Assembly: GCA_964016885.1 (NCBI GenBank)
Contig: OZ024740.1
Location: 134,850,001-134,914,000, forward strand
Reading direction: 5' to 3'
Length of the DNA: 64,000 bases
Origin: Eledone cirrhosa
Taxonomy: Eukaryota
Position 1 is the stretch's first letter; each line of letters starts with the position of its first letter. Below, piece by piece: positions 58,740 through 64,000 of this stretch. A program made the translations under genes and the position numbers. The notes beneath the pieces were generated by a model. It was not told the DNA's origin and made no database searches. It saw only the letters and a program-made list of their open reading frames with translations.

Positions 58740-59192
58740 AAATCTTACGAAAACGACGGTATACGGTCAAGTAAACAACATTATTTTCTACGACAACAGA
58801 CCAATGAATTACCCCACTCACGGACAGGTTATGCTGGCACTGGACTTGCTACCAGAAACCCTAGGTTCTGACCTTTCTGATAACTTTGACTTCTTTTCCC
58901 CGCTGCTTTCCCTCAAAAACTAATGGATGCCACTTTCTCGGCCAACTCGCCCATTGAAGAATGTACATACATTTCGAATTGACGGTGTCGATGCATGCAA
59001 GTTTTAGACTAATTATAATTTACTGCTGATTGTATTTTATTAACCTGCGTATTTTGATAGCGGAAAACTTTTTAGTCACGTTAATTTTGGGCTTTGTTTT
59101 CTGTCGAAAATAATTATCTTGTCCTCCAGCTCGGCATACAGGAGTTGTGAGTTGTAAGGTATTTCATTGGGTGTTACCATCATGTTAGAGTA
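58740..59192 (+). promoter_or_regulatory. Putative promoter/5'-UTR region of the gene starting at 59193
   Basis: Transposon-free and visibly richer in CpG than the surrounding host DNA; directly upstream of an ATG exon with a consensus donor. Inference only. Confidence 0.35.
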
Positions 59193-59310
59193 ATGGCGCC
59201 TAAAAAATCAACAGTATCAAACGTTCTTCCGTTTCATGTAGTGGATAAAACGGCTTTATCACCGGGATATACGCATTGGGACCATCATGATATAATTTTT
59301 ACTAAAAGTG
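59193..59310 (+). CDS. Probable first coding exon of an unidentified host gene (MAPKKSTVSNVLPFHVVDKTALSPGYTHWDHHDIIFTKS-, phase 1)
   Basis: Good start context gtaATGG; 39 open codons; consensus donor G|gtaagt; CpG-richer surroundings. Confidence 0.6.
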
Positions 59311-62300
59311 GTAAGTCATGAGGCATTTGCACCTCTCAGAATTTGTACATTTGATAACTAATGAAGCTGCATTGTTGAGTAGTAGAACTTATCTGGCTTA
59401 AAATATAAACACAGCACGTATTTCTTTTCTCCGGTGCTTCGTTCGCGATGAACATTGTTGTTCAGTTGTGAATATGAATTTCTCTCGCTGGAAAATTTAT
59501 CTTAGCAATATCTTATGGAGCCTTATATAGGCTGCTGGCTTTTGATTAACAACGCTATTAATGATATTCGTCGTCTTGAAATGGCCTCTTTATCTCGAAA
59601 TCCTTAGTTAAGAATGAATCTAAATTGCTTTTCTTTTCTTTCTTTTTTTTTTGTATATGTTTTGTTTGTTGGGGATTGGGTGAAATAAAATAATGGTAGT
59701 GGCTGGCGTTAAAGGAAAACGGACCAGGCGACTACTAATAGCTTGACTATATTGACCATAGAACATTTCCTTTTAACACTGCTATTACCTCCTATTTATT
59801 TGCACTATACCAGCGAATATTTCTTTTTTTCTAATTTTTGAGCAAAATATTTAATGTATTACATTTTCTCAATGGTAGTGTTTTTATTCTTTACGATTTG
59901 ATAGAAACAATTCTTTTTCGTCTAGTTTAAAACGTAATTAATTTTGTGTTTTAACAATAAGAATCGGGCTGGGTGAAAGTTAATGCAAAAGATTTAATCT
60001 AGTTATCTGTAAACAAATAGCCTTTTCTCGGATGTAGTCAATGATTACGTTTATAATTTCATAGTTGCTATAAAAATAAAATAGTTTTCTCTTGGTTCGT
60101 CTAAAATTAGCACATTTTGTGTTGCCCATTTGAAACAATGACGTATATTGCTTCCGCGTATCGAACATTTCATACCTCAATATTTAAAAGAAATTAAAAT
60201 TGTGAAAGTTAGTAAAACTTCTGTGATCGTGCTAGAAAATATCAACTTTGATCTTAATGACTATTCACGAAAACAATAACAGTAGCTTTTTTTTTTCAGT
60301 CCGATGTTGAACTTAAACGATACATTTACCATCATTTAATGTATTTTCATATTGAACACGCAGATATCTTTCAAATCTCATGTCGATTTCTGAAGAGTTT
60401 TCTTTACCGTCAATATTTTCCCCCACTCTGAAACAAATTTTGATTCTTACCCAAATAATAGATTTGTCGTCGTTTGATCATTGTTCTATTAAGAATGAAA
60501 ACACAAATATGGTTTTTGAGACAGTCGAATTAAAGTGTGGTATTTTTTATTATCAGAAAAGTTGATAAACCTATTTGGTTTAAATATGGAAATACCATTG
60601 TCAAACATGGCCTATTAAAGAGAAAGTGTCATCCATCACTCTTACTTGAAGCTCTACACTCGCTCACCTCTAAGATATTTTTACTAATTATATCAACTAA
60701 ACCCTCTCGCTTTCTTTCTCTTTTTTTTTTCTTTCATTAAAATGAAATTACATTGCTTTTTTTTTTTATTATTATAGTAATGTCTTGATCATAACGTGAT
60801 TTTGTTTTGTTGTGTCTTCATACTTTTAAAACTCCAATTCTTTATGAACTATATTTTTCATATTAAGTATTAAATAGCTTTTTTTCTCCTTTGTTTTTCG
60901 GGGAAGAAAAAGTTATTTATGGCATTTTGTTTGACAATGTATTATTTAAATTATTGTATTGCAACTAATTTACTTTTTCTCTTCGCTGGACTATCCAGGC
61001 TTAACTGCGAGGTTGGAGAAGTGTAGCGTAGAATAAGACTCACAATCCTAGGCGTTTTGTCTTACATAAGTTAATTAAGACATTCGAATTTGGAAAGGAG
61101 GCGAGGAATGGGGTGGGGCGGTGGGAATGGCACACATAAATTTCCCTATGCGATATGCAGAATAACAAACGATATAAAATAGTGCGAGACCTAGCCATCA
61201 TTGTTTTGTAGAGAATTGACGTATTGGTAGTAGTGAGTTATAGCGTAAGAGCCTAAATATATTTAACATTCTGTTGGTGTGTATGTTTCTTTAATATTTT
61301 ATACATGGATTTTTCTACAAAGGGGAAAACTTTACGGTCAAAGTAATTTTGAAGCTTTTGTGGCAAAGTGAGTTGATTTCTTAGAATATAATGTTTGTTA
61401 TTGGAGATAAGTTGTCATTCATGCTCCCCTCTATATGGTTCTAAGCAAACTCCACTGGCAATAGAAAGATCATGGTAAGTTTTCAGTGAACCTAACTGAG
61501 AAAGAGAAAAAAGCTCTTTGCAATTTCGGCTGATTTTTTTTTTATCTAGTTATTACTACTGCCTTATTATTTTGGGGTTAAGCATGACTGTTTTAAGTAT
61601 CAAACTCATCTTATTAGAAATAAAAAGGGATGACCAACTGTTGAATACATTTGACAGTAAAAGTAATTGATTATATTGGTATGGTAATTACTAACAAGTT
61701 AACTCAATAGATTAAAATCTCTTAGGTAGATTCTGCCGTTTATCCTTTCAGAATTGATAACAGGGGCGGGGGTGAGTAATAAATGATAGAACTAACTAGA
61801 TGGTTCCTAATCTTCAATACAAAACATGCTATAGTTCTTTTAATGGCTCATAACTGAGCCATTAAAAGTGCTTTGACTTCCAGTTATTTTTTTAAGGGTG
61901 TTGGCATTCCTTAACTAATGCTTTTATGTCACAAAATGAACTTTAAAGTATATTTTTATATAAAGTAAGCCATCAACCGAAAATATGATCCTTGACCCTT
62001 TACATTTCTTATAAAATTTGTAGGGATTTAGTTATATAACTAGCTCTCATTCTTTTGCTATTTGAAGCATAACCTATAGGTTCTTAATAAAAATTATAAT
62101 GTAAGGTATTTAGATGAATATTAAGTTTTATATCGTAGAACCGGGGCCAGATTCTGGCGGTTTGGTATCAAAGGGGCTAAGACGTGTAGGGTTCAGGGGT
62201 GTGCTAGTTTTTGTTTTTGAATTTCTACTTAAGGTTTTACAAAAGCAAGGATCTTTGCCCATGGTGAATTAAGTGTGATCTAATTCTTGACAGTAGATCG

Positions 62301-64000
62301 TGGCATTACAATATAGCTAGGCTGTAATATGTCAATGGACAGAGGGCTGGGCAAAAAGTTTGCAAATATTTAGTTATGATCTGTTCTGAGTTCAAACGAT
62401 ATCCTGATCAATTTTGCCCTTTGTCCTTGGGGCAATAAGTTGAAAACTGGGATTGATTTAATCAGCTGTATGCTCGATCCCATAGTTTGTGGTTCTGTGC
62501 TTGTTAGATGTCAAAATGTTTCGTCTTTTAATCATTGCCTACCAAACTGAAACTTTGGTGTGAGTCATTAAACTATTATAACATATGACCTGGATAACAC
62601 ACAAATAAAACACTACATATTATTTGCAAATGATTCAAGTGACGCTGGTTTGGGTACCTTATCAGGTTGTTGCCACTAATATTGGTGAGATGAAAATGAA
62701 ATCTTGGTCTCAAGGCCAATTCAGTGAGTACATAAGATGTTTCTTGGAGCAGATCATTACCAAAATCATTTCCTTCAGGAGGACAGCAACCCACCTGAGG
62801 TGTGGTGGCTGTTGCAGTGGATACCTCTGGCCATTCTCTGTGGTAATGCTTTTGCTGATTTGTTTGCAAAGTGACTGGGGTGTAGTGACGGACCCTGTTC
62901 CTCTCTTTCGTTGCTTGATCCTTTTTTTTTTCTTCCTATACGTATGTATAAATTATATGTATATGATTCGCCCATCCATACTGGAATGAAAACGCCCCTG
63001 TGAATTATTTTGGCGGAGGTAATTGAAATAGTGACTGGAAAGGAACTTCTAAATTCCCAGAACGATAGGATATTTAATTGCAAACACAAGGTATAACCTT
63101 CTAAATACAAACTAGACTATAACAAGATTCGATCCCAAATACCTAGGTTTTACTACATCCTATTTAGGACATTTCCTGTGGCATTTGAAGTTTTCACACT
63201 TAACCAAAGAATTCAGTACTATTCAAAACAATCTCATTTTCTTAATTCCTTTCCTCCTTACCCATTCTACCCTCTCCTTTTCTGTCCTTCTCTACCCTAT
63301 ATGGTAAACATCAAAACCTTCACCTCTACCAGTGGTCAAAGAATACACAGCACACATTGATAATGTGAAACTCTTTAACCTCCCCTGCTCCCTCTCCGCT
63401 CTATTATCATACTAACTGACTGTATTTCATTCTATTTTTAACTTATTTCCATTTTCTTAAATGAAAATCCCATTGCTGAATTCTACCATCTAGTGAATAG
63501 TTAACTTCCACTATTATAGGCTTTCTGATGAAGTGTAATAAATAATTAAGTATTGCATATGATTAAACAATATATATTGTATTCAGCATGTGTAGACATT
63601 TATGATACAGAAACATGTTAAAGCAAATAAATTCCTAATCTCCTTCATGCCAACGTTTTATTTTTCTTGGTACAATACTTGCTTTTATAAATATATATAT
63701 GTTTGTGAGAATTGAATAAAAATACTTTTAGTTGGGCAGGGGGAGTTCTGTGTTTATGAATGTTTTGCTTTCATTAACTCTACCAGCCATCCAACCCTTT
63801 TTGATACTAACCCACTGAGAATGCCTGTATAAAAGTTTTCATTAAGCTCCCATTATGTGAATGGTAGAGATCTCCAGTGGTTAATACAGACACACAAAAA
63901 AAGTTAAACTTCTCCCAAATCTTTGTATTGGAAATTTATTGAAACAGTTTGGCAGTCTACTCGTTAGAATTGTAGTAATGAAAGTGTTGCTGTACAGTTC

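Noticed and set aside
58393-58821. Hydrophobic/Leu-rich ORFs resembling membrane or signal peptides
   Set aside because: They arise from translating a trinucleotide low-complexity tract.
62576-63110. Overlapping ORFs of 97-121 aa
   Set aside because: No recognisable motifs or splice signals; may be a decayed repeat but cannot be supported.
63520-63560. CTGATGA hammerhead core
   Set aside because: No stem II/GAAA/stem III downstream. Likewise CTGATGA at ~54122 is only part of a short hairpin.

Overview
AT-rich, repeat-dense eukaryotic DNA. An invertebrate, most likely an octopus-like cephalopod, is inferred from the RTE LINEs with (GAT)n tails and the SINE types; this is not proven. Most of the window is nested transposable elements. 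(i) An apparently intact RTE-clade LINE on the minus strand (11214-17854) encodes a 1039-aa endonuclease-RT ORF with a PHD-type C4HC3 finger inside the RT. Its 5' end is six near-identical ~509-bp tandem monomers, and the whole 6.6 kb sits in a decayed Helitron Rep/Hel gene with a 5-bp target duplication. (ii) A frameshifted RTE lies inside a Tc2/pogo-like MITE. (iii) There is a 5'-truncated CR1/L2-group LINE with two inverted 3' fragments. (iv) There are many RTE 3' fragments, tRNA-type SINEs, hAT, piggyBac-type and pogo-type MITEs, and a complete non-autonomous Helitron. (v) A degenerate minimal hammerhead-ribozyme-like motif lies in a ~335-bp repeat unit. Host-gene signal is limited to a few candidate + strand exons (4206-4262, 36630-36736) and a probable first coding exon at 59193-59310; none could be named. 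Most short ORFs in the track are antisense shadows of transposons or chance ORFs.
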